Source of the DNA: a virus
Lineage: Duplodnaviria; Heunggongvirae; Uroviricota; Caudoviricetes
Virus record (IMG/VR): IMGVR_UViG_2547132252_000008
Length of the DNA: 7,335 bases
Reading direction: 5' to 3' (one strand)
In this document: positions 1 to 6,995 of the stretch, one piece after another
Layout of the letters: every line of letters begins with the position of its first letter
Numbering within the stretch: position 1 is the first letter of the stretch
The notes under the pieces: generated by a model
Databases searched by the model: none
The model's input: the letters and a program-made list of their open reading frames with translations, nothing else
What the model was told of the DNA's origin: nothing
Made by a program: the position numbers and the translations under genes

Positions 1-414
1 ATTGTGCCGCGACTGGCCGGGGCCGGAAAGGGCGGACTGCAGATTGTGCTGGGGGCGGCAGCCATCGTGGGCTCTTTCTTCACGGCCGGGGCATCAATGG
101 CGTTATGGGGTTCAGCCCTGGCAGCCGGTGGTTTTTCTGCCACCACGATGCTGTTTTCACTTGGAGCCAGCATGATTCTGGGCGGTGTGGCCCAGATGCT
201 GGCCCCGAAGGCAAAAACACCGGATTACCGCGCAACGGATAACGGCAGACAGAACACGTACTTTTCCTCGCTGGATAACATGATTGCCCAGGGGAACCCG
301 ATGCCGGTGCCTTACGGGGAAATGCTGGTTGGCTCCCGCCGTATATCCCAGGACATCAGCACCCGTGATGAAGGTGGGGGCGGAACGGTCGTGGTTGTCG
401 GGCGACAGGGATAA
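1..414 (+). CDS. Tail assembly protein I-like, C-terminal fragment (5' end outside the window or deleted). It is a diverged paralogue of the I gene at 1873-2550.
   Basis: Frame 1 is open from the window edge to TAA at 412-414. The translation (IVPRLAGAGKGGLQIVLGAAAIVGSFFTAG...GEMLVGSRRISQDISTRDEGG...) aligns along its length with the C-terminal ~137 aa of the I product at 1873-2550. By eye the nucleotide identity is roughly 85-90%, with mostly synonymous or conservative changes, which argues for a functional gene from a different lambdoid lineage rather than a decayed copy. Confidence 0.75.
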   Translation: MVPRLAGAGKGGLQIVLGAAAIVGSFFTAGASMALWGSALAAGGFSATTMLFSLGASMILGGVAQMLAPKAKTPDYRATDNGRQNTYFSSLDNMIAQGNPMPVPYGEMLVGSRRISQDISTRDEGGGGTVVVVGRQG

Positions 415-426
415 AACATAAAAAAA

Positions 427-453
427 TCCCGCAGTGATCGCGGAGCTGCGGGA
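427..453. other. Conserved stem-loop downstream of the I-like fragment (stem TCCCGCAG / CTGCGGGA, 11-nt loop), preceded by an A-tract.
   Basis: Perfect 8-bp inverted repeat at 427-434 and 446-453. The same stem recurs at 2562-2588 with a different loop. On the + strand there is no T-tract after it, but on the - strand it is followed by TTTTTTTATGTTTT. Confidence 0.4.
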
Positions 454-468
454 CAGACAAATGATCGT

Positions 469-503
469 ATAACTTACGTATAATGTATGCTATACGAAGT
501 TAT
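469..503. other. loxP-like site-specific recombination site (Cre/tyrosine-recombinase target), carrying a 1-nt insertion in the left arm.
   Basis: The sequence is ATAACTT[A]CGTATA-ATGTATGC-TATACGAAGTTAT. The right arm (491-503) and the 8-bp spacer (483-490) are identical to canonical P1 loxP in its reverse-complement orientation. The left arm matches all 13 positions but has one extra A at 476. Two 13-bp inverted arms around an 8-bp asymmetric spacer that also match loxP are very unlikely to occur by chance. Confidence 0.7.
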
Positions 504-527
504 TACGATAGAGCAGGTGGTGAACTG

Positions 528-1226
528 ATGCAGAATATTCATGAAGAAAGCCTGAACGAGTCGGTTAAGTCAGAGCAGTCACCGCGGGTGGTGCTCTGGG
601 AAATCGACCTGACGGTGCAGGGCGGTGAGCGGTATTTTTTCTGCAATGAGCTGAATGAAAAAAGGGAGCCGGTGACCTGGCAGGGGCGGCAATATCAGGC
701 GTACCCGATTGAGGGCAGTGGCTTTGAGATGAACGGAAAGGGCAGCAGTGCCCGCCCGTCGCTGACGGTGTCCAATCTGTTCGGTCTTGTCACCGGGATG
801 GCGGAGGATTTGCAGAGCCTGGTGGGTGCCACGGTGGTCCGCCGCCGGGTGTATGCGCGTTTTCTGGATGCGGTGAACTTTGTGGCAGGCAATCCGGAGG
901 CCGACCCGGAGCAGGAGCTGAGCGACCGCTGGGTGGTGGAGCAGATGTCAGAGCTGACGGCCATGACAGCCTCGTTTGTGCTGGCAACACCGACGGAGAC
1001 GGACGGAGCGCTGTTTCCCGGTCGCATCATGCTGGCGAACACCTGTATGTGGGATTACCGGGGAGATGAATGCGGTTATCACGGTCCTGCGGTGGCGGAT
1101 GAGTTCGACAACCCCACCACGGATATCCGGAAGGACAGATGCAGTAAATGCATGCGCGGGTGTGAGATGCGCGGCATGGTGGCTAATTTCGGCGGTTTCC
1201 TTTCCATTAACAAACTTTCGCAGTAA
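528..1226 (+). CDS. L: Tail tip protein L (lambda gpL family), 232 aa.
   Basis: The ORF starts MQNIHEESLNE...VVLWEIDLT..GGERYFFCNE.NEK.EPVTWQGRQYQ and ends ...GNFGGFLSINKLSQ, matching lambda gpL as I recall it and at the same length. It has the C-terminal Cys cluster (CMWDYRGDECGYHG...CSKCMRGC) that fits the Fe-S-binding region of gpL. ATG 528 is preceded by AGGTGGTG and overlaps an upstream-frame stop (TGATG). The ORF-track start at 483 lies inside the lox spacer and has no ribosome-binding site. Confidence 0.9.
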   Translation: MQNIHEESLNESVKSEQSPRVVLWEIDLTVQGGERYFFCNELNEKREPVTWQGRQYQAYPIEGSGFEMNGKGSSARPSLTVSNLFGLVTGMAEDLQSLVGATVVRRRVYARFLDAVNFVAGNPEADPEQELSDRWVVEQMSELTAMTASFVLATPTETDGALFPGRIMLANTCMWDYRGDECGYHGPAVADEFDNPTTDIRKDRCSKCMRGCEMRGMVANFGGFLSINKLSQ

Positions 1227-1231
1227 ATCCA

Positions 1232-1975
1232 ATGACACAGACTGAATCAGCGATTCTGGCGCATGCCCGGCGGTGTGTGCCTGCGGAGTCGTGCGGCTTC
1301 GTGGTGAGAACGCCGGAGGGGGAGTGGTATATCCCTTGTGTGAATATTTCTGCAGAGCCGGAGGCGTATTTTCGTATTGCACCGGAAGACTGGCTGCGGG
1401 CAGAGATGCAGGGGGAGATTGTGGCACTGGTCCACAGTCATCCCGGTGGGCTGCCCTGGCTGAGCGAGGCTGACCGGCGGCTGCAGATAAAAAGCGCACT
1501 GCCCTGGTGGCTGGTCTGCCGGGGTGACATTCATAAATTCCGCTGTGTGCCACATCTGACAGGACGGCGCTTTGAGCACGGGGTGACGGACTGTTACACG
1601 CTGTTCCGGGATGCTTATCATCTGGCGGGGACTGAAATGCCGGATTTTGAGCGTGAGGATGACTGGTGGCGCAACGGTCAGAACCTTTACCTGGACAATA
1701 TGGCGGTCACCGGCTTTTACCGGGTGCCCCTGTCCTCTGCACAGGCGGGCGATATCCTGCTGTGCTGCTTTGGCGCATCGGTGGCCAATCATGCCGCCAT
1801 ATACTGCGGCAACGGTGAACTGCTTCACCATCTGCCTGAACAACTGAGTAAACGGGAGAGGTATTCCGAAAAATGGCAACGACGAACGCATTCTGTCTGG
1901 CGTCACCGCCACTGGCACGCATCTGCCTTCACGGGGATTTGCAACGATTTGGCCGCCGCCTCAGCCTGTACGTGA
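1232..1975 (+). CDS. K: Tail tip assembly protein K (lambda gpK family) with an MPN/JAMM domain and an NlpC/P60-type domain.
   Basis: 247-aa ORF directly after L. It carries a complete JAMM motif, HSHPGGLPWLSEAD (HxHx7Sx2D), followed by a Cys/His region (DCYTLF...NHAAIY) typical of NlpC/P60 peptidases. The 3' end overlaps I by 103 nt in another frame, as in lambda. The true start could be an internal codon; lambda K is annotated shorter. Confidence 0.85.
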   Translation: MTQTESAILAHARRCVPAESCGFVVRTPEGEWYIPCVNISAEPEAYFRIAPEDWLRAEMQGEIVALVHSHPGGLPWLSEADRRLQIKSALPWWLVCRGDIHKFRCVPHLTGRRFEHGVTDCYTLFRDAYHLAGTEMPDFEREDDWWRNGQNLYLDNMAVTGFYRVPLSSAQAGDILLCCFGASVANHAAIYCGNGELLHHLPEQLSKRERYSEKWQRRTHSVWRHRHWHASAFTGICNDLAAASACT

Positions 1976-2550
1976 ACACGGCAGCGGAAGCCATCCGTGC
2001 CCTGTCGCTGCAGATGCCGGGATTCCGCCGTCAGATGAACGAAGGCTGGTACCAGATACGTATTCGCGGTGAGGACACGGCACCGGAGGCGGTGTACGCC
2101 CGTCTTCACGAACCTCTGGGTGAGGGGGCGGTCATCCATATTGTGCCGCGACTGGCCGGAGCCGGAAAGGGCGGACTGCAGATTGTGCTGGGGGCAGCAG
2201 CCATCGTGGGCTCTTTCTTCACCGCCGGCGCAACGATGGCGTTGTGGGGCGCAGCCCTGAGTGCCGGAGGGCTGACTGCCACCACGATGCTGTTCTCACT
2301 GGGTGCCAGCATGATACTGGGCGGTGTGGCCCAGATGCTGGCACCGAAGGCAAAAACACCGGAGTACAGGGCGACGGATAACGGTAAACAGAACACGTAT
2401 TTTTCGTCACTGGATAACATGATTGCCCAGGGGAACCCGATGCCGGTGCCTTATGGTGAAATGCTGGTTGGTTCACGACGGATATCCCAGGACATCAGCA
2501 CCCGTGATGAGGGCGGAGACGGGAAAGTGGTGGTTATCGGGCGGGGATGA
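1873..2550 (+). CDS. I: Tail assembly protein I (lambda gpI family), 225 aa.
   Basis: ATG 1873 is preceded by GGAGAGG. Its length is close to lambda gpI (223 aa as I recall). It has a Gly/Ala-rich hydrophobic core (GAAAIVGSFFTAGATMALWGAALSAGG...) and a conserved C-terminus (PMPVPYGEMLVGSRRISQDISTRDEGG). Its position between K and J matches lambda synteny. Confidence 0.9.
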   Translation: MATTNAFCLASPPLARICLHGDLQRFGRRLSLYVNTAAEAIRALSLQMPGFRRQMNEGWYQIRIRGEDTAPEAVYARLHEPLGEGAVIHIVPRLAGAGKGGLQIVLGAAAIVGSFFTAGATMALWGAALSAGGLTATTMLFSLGASMILGGVAQMLAPKAKTPEYRATDNGKQNTYFSSLDNMIAQGNPMPVPYGEMLVGSRRISQDISTRDEGGDGKVVVIGRG

Positions 2551-2561
2551 AAATAAAAAAA

Positions 2562-2588
2562 TCCCGCAGAGTTAGCGGAGCTGCGGGA
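2562..2588. other. Conserved stem-loop downstream of I (stem TCCCGCAG / CTGCGGGA), preceded by the A-tract at 2551-2560.
   Basis: Same 8-bp stem as at 427-453. Read on the - strand it is a hairpin followed by a T-rich run, which is the form of an intrinsic terminator. On the + strand it has no U-tract. Confidence 0.4.
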
Positions 2589-2595
2589 GAGAACG

Positions 2596-2715
2596 ATGAA
2601 GATTAACGTTATGGAGTTATTTTTCAGGCATCAAAAAAGTAATGCAGCGTCATTATTGCGGCTACAGGCAATTGCCGGAAATGTGAAGAGTTTCAGAAAT
2701 TTTATTCCGTCATGA
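2596..2715 (+). CDS. Hypothetical small basic protein (39 aa), candidate moron ORF between I and J.
   Basis: ATG 2596 to TGA 2713-2715 encodes MKINVMELFFRHQKSNAASLLRLQAIAGNVKSFRNFIPS. There is a GGGAGAGA purine run 6-13 nt upstream, and the strong terminator hairpin follows immediately. It is below the size cut-off of the ORF track, and no homology is known to me, so confidence is low. Confidence 0.3.
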   Translation: MKINVMELFFRHQKSNAASLLRLQAIAGNVKSFRNFIPS

Positions 2716-2716
2716 C

Positions 2717-2747
2717 ACAGGCACCCTCCGGGGTGCCTGTTGTTTTC
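2717..2747 (+). terminator. Rho-independent terminator-like hairpin just upstream of J.
   Basis: Perfect 10-bp stem ACAGGCACCC (2717-2726) / GGGTGCCTGT (2731-2740) with a UCCG tetraloop (UNCG class), followed by TGTTTTCT. Confidence 0.6.
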
Positions 2748-2790
2748 TGGCATAAACAGATTCAGACATCAGACAGGAGAGGGGGACAGA

Positions 2791-5700
2791 GTGGGTAAAG
2801 GGGGCGGCAAGGGGCACACGCCGGTAGAGGCAAAGGACAATCTTAAGTCCACGCAGATGATGAGCGTGATTGACGCCATTGGTGAAGGGCCGATTGAAGG
2901 TCCGGTGAAGGGGCTGCAGAGTATTCTGGTGAACAAAACCCCACTGACGGACACGGACGGCAATCCCGTGATACACGGTGTGACCGCGGTCTGGCGCGCC
3001 GGGGAGCAGGAGCAGACACCGCCGGAAGGTTTTGAGTCATCCGGCTCTGAAACCGCACTGGGCGTGGAAGTGACGAAGGCAAAGCCGGTGACGCGCACCA
3101 TTACGTCCGCGAACATTGACCGCCTGCGGGTTACCTTCGGGGTGCAGTCACTGGTGCAGACCACCTCACAGGGTGACCGTAACCCGGCATCCGTCCGCCT
3201 GCTGATTCAGCTGCAGCGTAACGGTAACTGGGTGACGGAAAAGGATGTCACCATTAACGGCAAGACCACCTCACAGTTCCTCGCTTCGGTGATTCTGGAT
3301 AATCTGCCTCCCCGTCCCTTTAACATCCGGATGGTCCGGGAGACGGCGGACAGCACCACGGACCAGCTGCAGAACAGAACGCTGTGGTCGTCATACACCG
3401 AAATCATCGATGTGAAACAGTGCTACCCGAACACGGCGATTGTGGGGCTGCAGGTGGATGCGGAGCAGTTTGGCGGTCAGCAGATGACGGTGAACTACCA
3501 TATCCGCGGTCGCATCATCCAGGTACCGTCAAACTATGACCCGGAAAAACGCACGTACAGCGGCATCTGGGACGGCAGCCTGAAACCGGCATACAGCAAC
3601 AACCCGGCCTGGTGCCTGTGGGACATGCTGACTCACCCGCGCTACGGCATGGGAAAACGCCTGGGGGCCGCGGATGTTGACAAGTGGGCGCTGTATGCCA
3701 TCGGGCAGTACTGCGACCAGACGGTCCCGGATGGTTTCGGGGGCACAGAGCCGCGGATGACCTTTAATGCGTACCTGTCACAACAGCGTAAGGCGTGGGA
3801 CGTTCTCAGTGATTTCTGCTCGGCGATGCGCTGTATGCCGGTATGGAACGGCCAGACGCTGACGTTCGTTCAGGACCGCCCGTCGGATGTGGTGTGGCCG
3901 TACACCAACTGCGATGTGGTGGTGGATGATAACGGCGTGGGGTTTCGCTACAGCTTCAGCGCCCTGAAGGACCGCCACACGGCGGTGGAGGTGAATTACA
4001 CCGACCCGCAGAACGGCTGGCAGACCTCCACGGAACTGGTGGAAGACCCGGAAGCCATACTGCGCTACGGGCGCAACCTGCTGAAGATGGATGCGTTCGG
4101 CTGCACCAGTCGCGGTCAGGCCCACCGTGCCGGGCTGTGGGTGATAAAGACCGGACTGCTGGAAACGCAGACGGTGGATTTCACGCTCGGGTCTCAGGGG
4201 CTGCGTCACACACCCGGTGACATTATTGAAATCTGTGATAACGACTATGCCGGGACCATGACCGGCGGACGTGTCCTGTCCATCGATGCCGCCAGCCGCA
4301 CCCTGACACTGGACCGTGAGGTGACCCTGCCGGAGACAGGTACACCGACGGTGAACCTGATTAACGGCAGCGGTAAGCCGGTGAGCGTGGCCATCACTGC
4401 ACACCCCGCGCCGGACCGGATACAGGTCAGCACCCTGCCGGATGGCGTGGAGACATACGGTGTATGGGGACTCTCCCTGCCGTCACTGCGTCGTCGCCTG
4501 TTCCGCTGTGTCTCCATCCGGGAAAACACGGACGGCACCTTTGCCATCACGGCGGTGCAGCACGTACCGGAAAAAGAAGCCATTGTGGATAACGGGGCCA
4601 GCTTTGAGCCACTGTCCGGTTCGCTGAACAGCGTCATCCCGCCGGCTGTGCAGCACCTGACGGTGGAGGTGAGCGCGGCTGACGGTCAGTATCTGGCACA
4701 GGCGAAATGGGACACGCCGCGGGTGGTGAAGGGCGTGCGCTTCAGTCTGCGCCTGACCAGTGGTAAGGGAACGGATGCCAGACTGGTGACCACCGCCATC
4801 ACCGCAGACACGGAGCACCGTTTCAGCGGCCTGCCGCTCGGGGAATACACCCTGACGGTGCGGGCGATAAACAGCTATGGCCAGCAGGGTGAACCTGCCA
4901 CCACCACCTTCCGGATTGCCGCACCGGCAGCACCGTCGCGGATTGAGCTGACGCCGGGCTATTTTCAGATAACCGCCACGCCGCATCTTGCCGTTTATGA
5001 CCCGACGGTACAGTTTGAGTTCTGGTTCTCGGAAAAGCGGATTGCGGATATCAGGCAGGTTGAAACCGCAGCCCGCTATCTTGGCTCGGCGCTGTACTGG
5101 ATAGCTGCCAGTATCAATATCAAACCGGGCCATGATTATTATTTTTATATCCGCAGTGTGAATACTGTTGGCAAATCGGCATTCGTGGAGGCTGTCGGTC
5201 GGGCGAGCGATGATGCGGAAGGTTACCTGGATTTTTTCAAAGGAGAAATCGGGAAAACACATCTGGCCCAGGAGCTGTGGACGCAGATTGATAACGGTCA
5301 GCTTGCGCCGGACCTGGCTGAAATCAGGACGTCCATTACGAATGTCAGCAATGAAATCACGCAGACCGTCAATAAAAAACTGGAAAATCAGAGTGCGGCA
5401 ATCCAGCAGATACAGAAAGTTCAGGTTGATACAAATAATAACCTGAACAGCATGTGGGCCGTGAAACTGCAGCAGATGCAGGACGGACGCCTTTATATTG
5501 CGGGTATCGGTGCCGGTATTGAGAATACGCCAGCAGGAATGCAGAGTCAGGTGCTGCTGGCGGCAGACAGGATTGCGATGATTAATCCTGCGAATGGCAA
5601 CACAAAGCCGATGTTTGTTGGTCAGGGCGATCAGATATTTATGAATGAAGTGTTCCTGAAATATCTGACGGCTCCCACCATTACCAGCGGCGGTAATCCT

Positions 5701-6264
5701 CCGGCATTTTCCCTGACACCGGACGGGCGGCTGACGGCGAAAAATGCCGATATCAGCGGTAACGTGAATGCGAACTCCGGGACGCTCAACAACGTCACGA
5801 TTAACGAGAACTGTCGGGTTCTGGGAAAATTGTCCGCGAACCAGATTGAAGGCGATCTCGTTAAAACAGTGGGCAAAGCTTTCCCCCGGGACTCCCGTGC
5901 ACCGGAGCGGTGGCCATCAGGAACCATTACCGTCAGGGTTTATGACGATCAGCCGTTTGACCGGCAGATTGTTATTCCGGCGGTGGCATTCAGCGGCGCT
6001 AAACATGAGAAAGAGCATACTGATATTTACTCCTCATGCCGTCTGATAGTGCGGAAAAACGGTGCTGAAATTTATAACCGTACCGCGCTGGATAATACGC
6101 TGATTTACAGTGGTGTTATTGATATGCCTGCCGGTCACGGTCACATGACACTGGAGTTTTCGGTGTCAGCATGGCTGGTAAATAACTGGTATCCCACAGC
6201 AAGTATCAGCGATTTGCTGGTTGTGGTGATGAAGAAAGCCACTGCAGGCATCACGATTAGCTGA
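2791..6264 (+). CDS. J: Tail tip host-specificity / central fibre protein J (lambda gpJ family), about 1157 aa.
   Basis: A 3.5-kb ORF. From GTG 2791 the N-terminus reads [22 protein letters not shown], matching the lambda gpJ N-terminus as I recall it, and is preceded by GGAGAGGGGG. The TTG at 2740 used by the ORF track lies inside the terminator stem and is unlikely to be the start. The gene sits between I and lom. Confidence 0.9.
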   Translation: MGKGGGKGHTPVEAKDNLKSTQMMSVIDAIGEGPIEGPVKGLQSILVNKTPLTDTDGNPVIHGVTAVWRAGEQEQTPPEGFESSGSETALGVEVTKAKPVTRTITSANIDRLRVTFGVQSLVQTTSQGDRNPASVRLLIQLQRNGNWVTEKDVTINGKTTSQFLASVILDNLPPRPFNIRMVRETADSTTDQLQNRTLWSSYTEIIDVKQCYPNTAIVGLQVDAEQFGGQQMTVNYHIRGRIIQVPSNYDPEKRTYSGIWDGSLKPAYSNNPAWCLWDMLTHPRYGMGKRLGAADVDKWALYAIGQYCDQTVPDGFGGTEPRMTFNAYLSQQRKAWDVLSDFCSAMRCMPVWNGQTLTFVQDRPSDVVWPYTNCDVVVDDNGVGFRYSFSALKDRHTAVEVNYTDPQNGWQTSTELVEDPEAILRYGRNLLKMDAFGCTSRGQAHRAGLWVIKTGLLETQTVDFTLGSQGLRHTPGDIIEICDNDYAGTMTGGRVLSIDAASRTLTLDREVTLPETGTPTVNLINGSGKPVSVAITAHPAPDRIQVSTLPDGVETYGVWGLSLPSLRRRLFRCVSIRENTDGTFAITAVQHVPEKEAIVDNGASFEPLSGSLNSVIPPAVQHLTVEVSAADGQYLAQAKWDTPRVVKGVRFSLRLTSGKGTDARLVTTAITADTEHRFSGLPLGEYTLTVRAINSYGQQGEPATTTFRIAAPAAPSRIELTPGYFQITATPHLAVYDPTVQFEFWFSEKRIADIRQVETAARYLGSALYWIAASINIKPGHDYYFYIRSVNTVGKSAFVEAVGRASDDAEGYLDFFKGEIGKTHLAQELWTQIDNGQLAPDLAEIRTSITNVSNEITQTVNKKLENQSAAIQQIQKVQVDTNNNLNSMWAVKLQQMQDGRLYIAGIGAGIENTPAGMQSQVLLAADRIAMINPANGNTKPMFVGQGDQIFMNEVFLKYLTAPTITSGGNPPAFSLTPDGRLTAKNADISGNVNANSGTLNNVTINENCRVLGKLSANQIEGDLVKTVGKAFPRDSRAPERWPSGTITVRVYDDQPFDRQIVIPAVAFSGAKHEKEHTDIYSSCRLIVRKNGAEIYNRTALDNTLIYSGVIDMPAGHGHMTLEFSVSAWLVNNWYPTASISDLLVVVMKKATAGITIS

Positions 6265-6282
6265 ATTTTATAACCCAGATAC

Positions 6283-6308
6283 GGGCGCCAGAAATGGCGC
6301 CTTTTTTA
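6283..6308 (+). terminator. Rho-independent terminator after J.
   Basis: Stem GGCGCCA (6284-6290) / TGGCGCC (6295-6301) with a GAAA loop, followed by TTTTTT (6302-6307), 19 nt after the J stop. Confidence 0.65.
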
Positions 6309-6331
6309 TTGCAGAAAAGCGAGAGGTAATT

Positions 6332-6931
6332 ATGCGTAAATTATGTGCTGTTATTTTGTCCGCAGTAGTCTGGCAGGTCGCCGCTGCTACGCCAGCGAGT
6401 GCAGCAGAACATCAGTCCACGCTGAGCGCGGGGTATCTCCATGCCTCGACGAACGTTCCCGGTAGTGATGATCTGAACGGGATTAACGTGAAATACCGTT
6501 ATGAGTTTATGGACGCGCTGGGGCTGATTACGTCCTTCAGTTATGCCAATGCTGAGGATGAGCAAAAAACGCGCTACAGCGATACCCGCTGGCATGAAGA
6601 TTCCGTGCGTAACCGCTGGTTCAGCGTGATGGCGGGGCCGTCTGTACGCGTGAATGAATGGTTCAGCGCGTATGCGATGGCGGGTGTGGCTTACAGCCGT
6701 GTGTCGACTTTCTACGGGGATTATCTCCGCGTAACTGACAACAAGGGGAAAACGCACGATGTGCTGACCGGAAGTGATGACGGTCGCCACAGCAACACGT
6801 CTCTGGCGTGGGGAGCTGGCGTGCAGTTTAACCCGACCGAATCCGTGGCCATTGATATTGCTTATGAAGGCTCCGGCAGTGGCGACTGGCGCACTGACGG
6901 TTTCATCGTGGGTGTCGGTTATAAATTCTGA
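6332..6931 (+). CDS. lom: Lom-like outer-membrane beta-barrel protein (Ail/Lom/PagC/OmpX family), 199 aa.
   Basis: N-terminal signal peptide (MRKLCAVILSAVVWQVAAATPASA-AE). The C-terminal third (AWGAGVQFNPTESVAIDIAYEGSGSGDWRTDGFIVGVGYKF) closely matches lambda Lom as I recall it and ends in a terminal Phe, as outer-membrane barrels typically do. GAGAGG lies 5 nt before the ATG. Its position between J and stf matches lambda. Confidence 0.9.
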   Translation: MRKLCAVILSAVVWQVAAATPASAAEHQSTLSAGYLHASTNVPGSDDLNGINVKYRYEFMDALGLITSFSYANAEDEQKTRYSDTRWHEDSVRNRWFSVMAGPSVRVNEWFSAYAMAGVAYSRVSTFYGDYLRVTDNKGKTHDVLTGSDDGRHSNTSLAWGAGVQFNPTESVAIDIAYEGSGSGDWRTDGFIVGVGYKF

Positions 6932-6957
6932 TTAGCCAGGTAACACAGTGTTATGAC

Positions 6958-6985
6958 AGCCCGCCGGTTCAGGCGGGCTTTTTTG
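6958..6985 (+). terminator. Rho-independent terminator after lom.
   Basis: Stem AGCCCGCC (6958-6965) / GGCGGGCT (6972-6979) with a 6-nt loop, followed by a T-run (6979-6984), 27 nt after the lom stop. Confidence 0.7.
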
Positions 6986-6995
6986 TGGGGGGAAT

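Larger units (their letters stand above)
1..465 (+). repeat. Diverged direct repeat: 1-465 matches 2141-2599 (3' end of I plus ~50 bp downstream, including the hairpin).
   Basis: Visual alignment of the two stretches. Homology runs past the I stop codon through an A-tract and a conserved 8-bp stem, and ends at an ATGA motif (461-464 versus 2596-2599). After that, copy 1 runs into the lox-like site and copy 2 into the small ORF. Confidence 0.8.

Noticed and set aside
469-503. Reading the lox site as evidence that this is P1 or a P1-derived region.
   Set aside because: No cre or other P1 genes are present, and all surrounding genes are lambdoid tail genes. The site is better explained as an isolated junction or scar.
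1247-1918. Minus-strand ORF of 223 aa antisense to K, plus + strand alternative-frame ORFs inside L and K (976-1245, 1273-1473, 1611-1847).
   Set aside because: They overlap strongly supported L and K frames, have biased composition, and show no start-site signals. They are shadow ORFs.
2667-2676. Perfect 10-bp palindrome GGCAATTGCC inside the small ORF, considered as an operator or binding site.
   Set aside because: A 10-bp perfect palindrome is expected several times by chance in 7 kb, and there is no second copy or flanking promoter.
2740-2790. ORF-track start of J at TTG 2740, which would add 17 residues ([17 protein letters not shown]).
   Set aside because: The TTG lies inside the 3' stem of the terminator hairpin and has no ribosome-binding site. 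GTG 2791 has a strong purine-rich Shine-Dalgarno sequence and yields the conserved gpJ N-terminus.
3778-5262. Long minus-strand ORFs (3778-4404, 208 aa; 4483-5262, 259 aa) and several shorter ones antisense to J.
   Set aside because: They lie entirely inside the well-supported J coding region on the opposite strand. Their translations are Arg/Gly/Pro/Ala-rich low-complexity strings typical of antisense frames in GC-rich DNA, and they have no ribosome-binding sites or recognisable domains.
6341-6790. Minus-strand ORF of 149 aa antisense to lom.
   Set aside because: It is embedded in the lom coding frame, which has a clear signal peptide and a beta-barrel C-terminus. No independent support.
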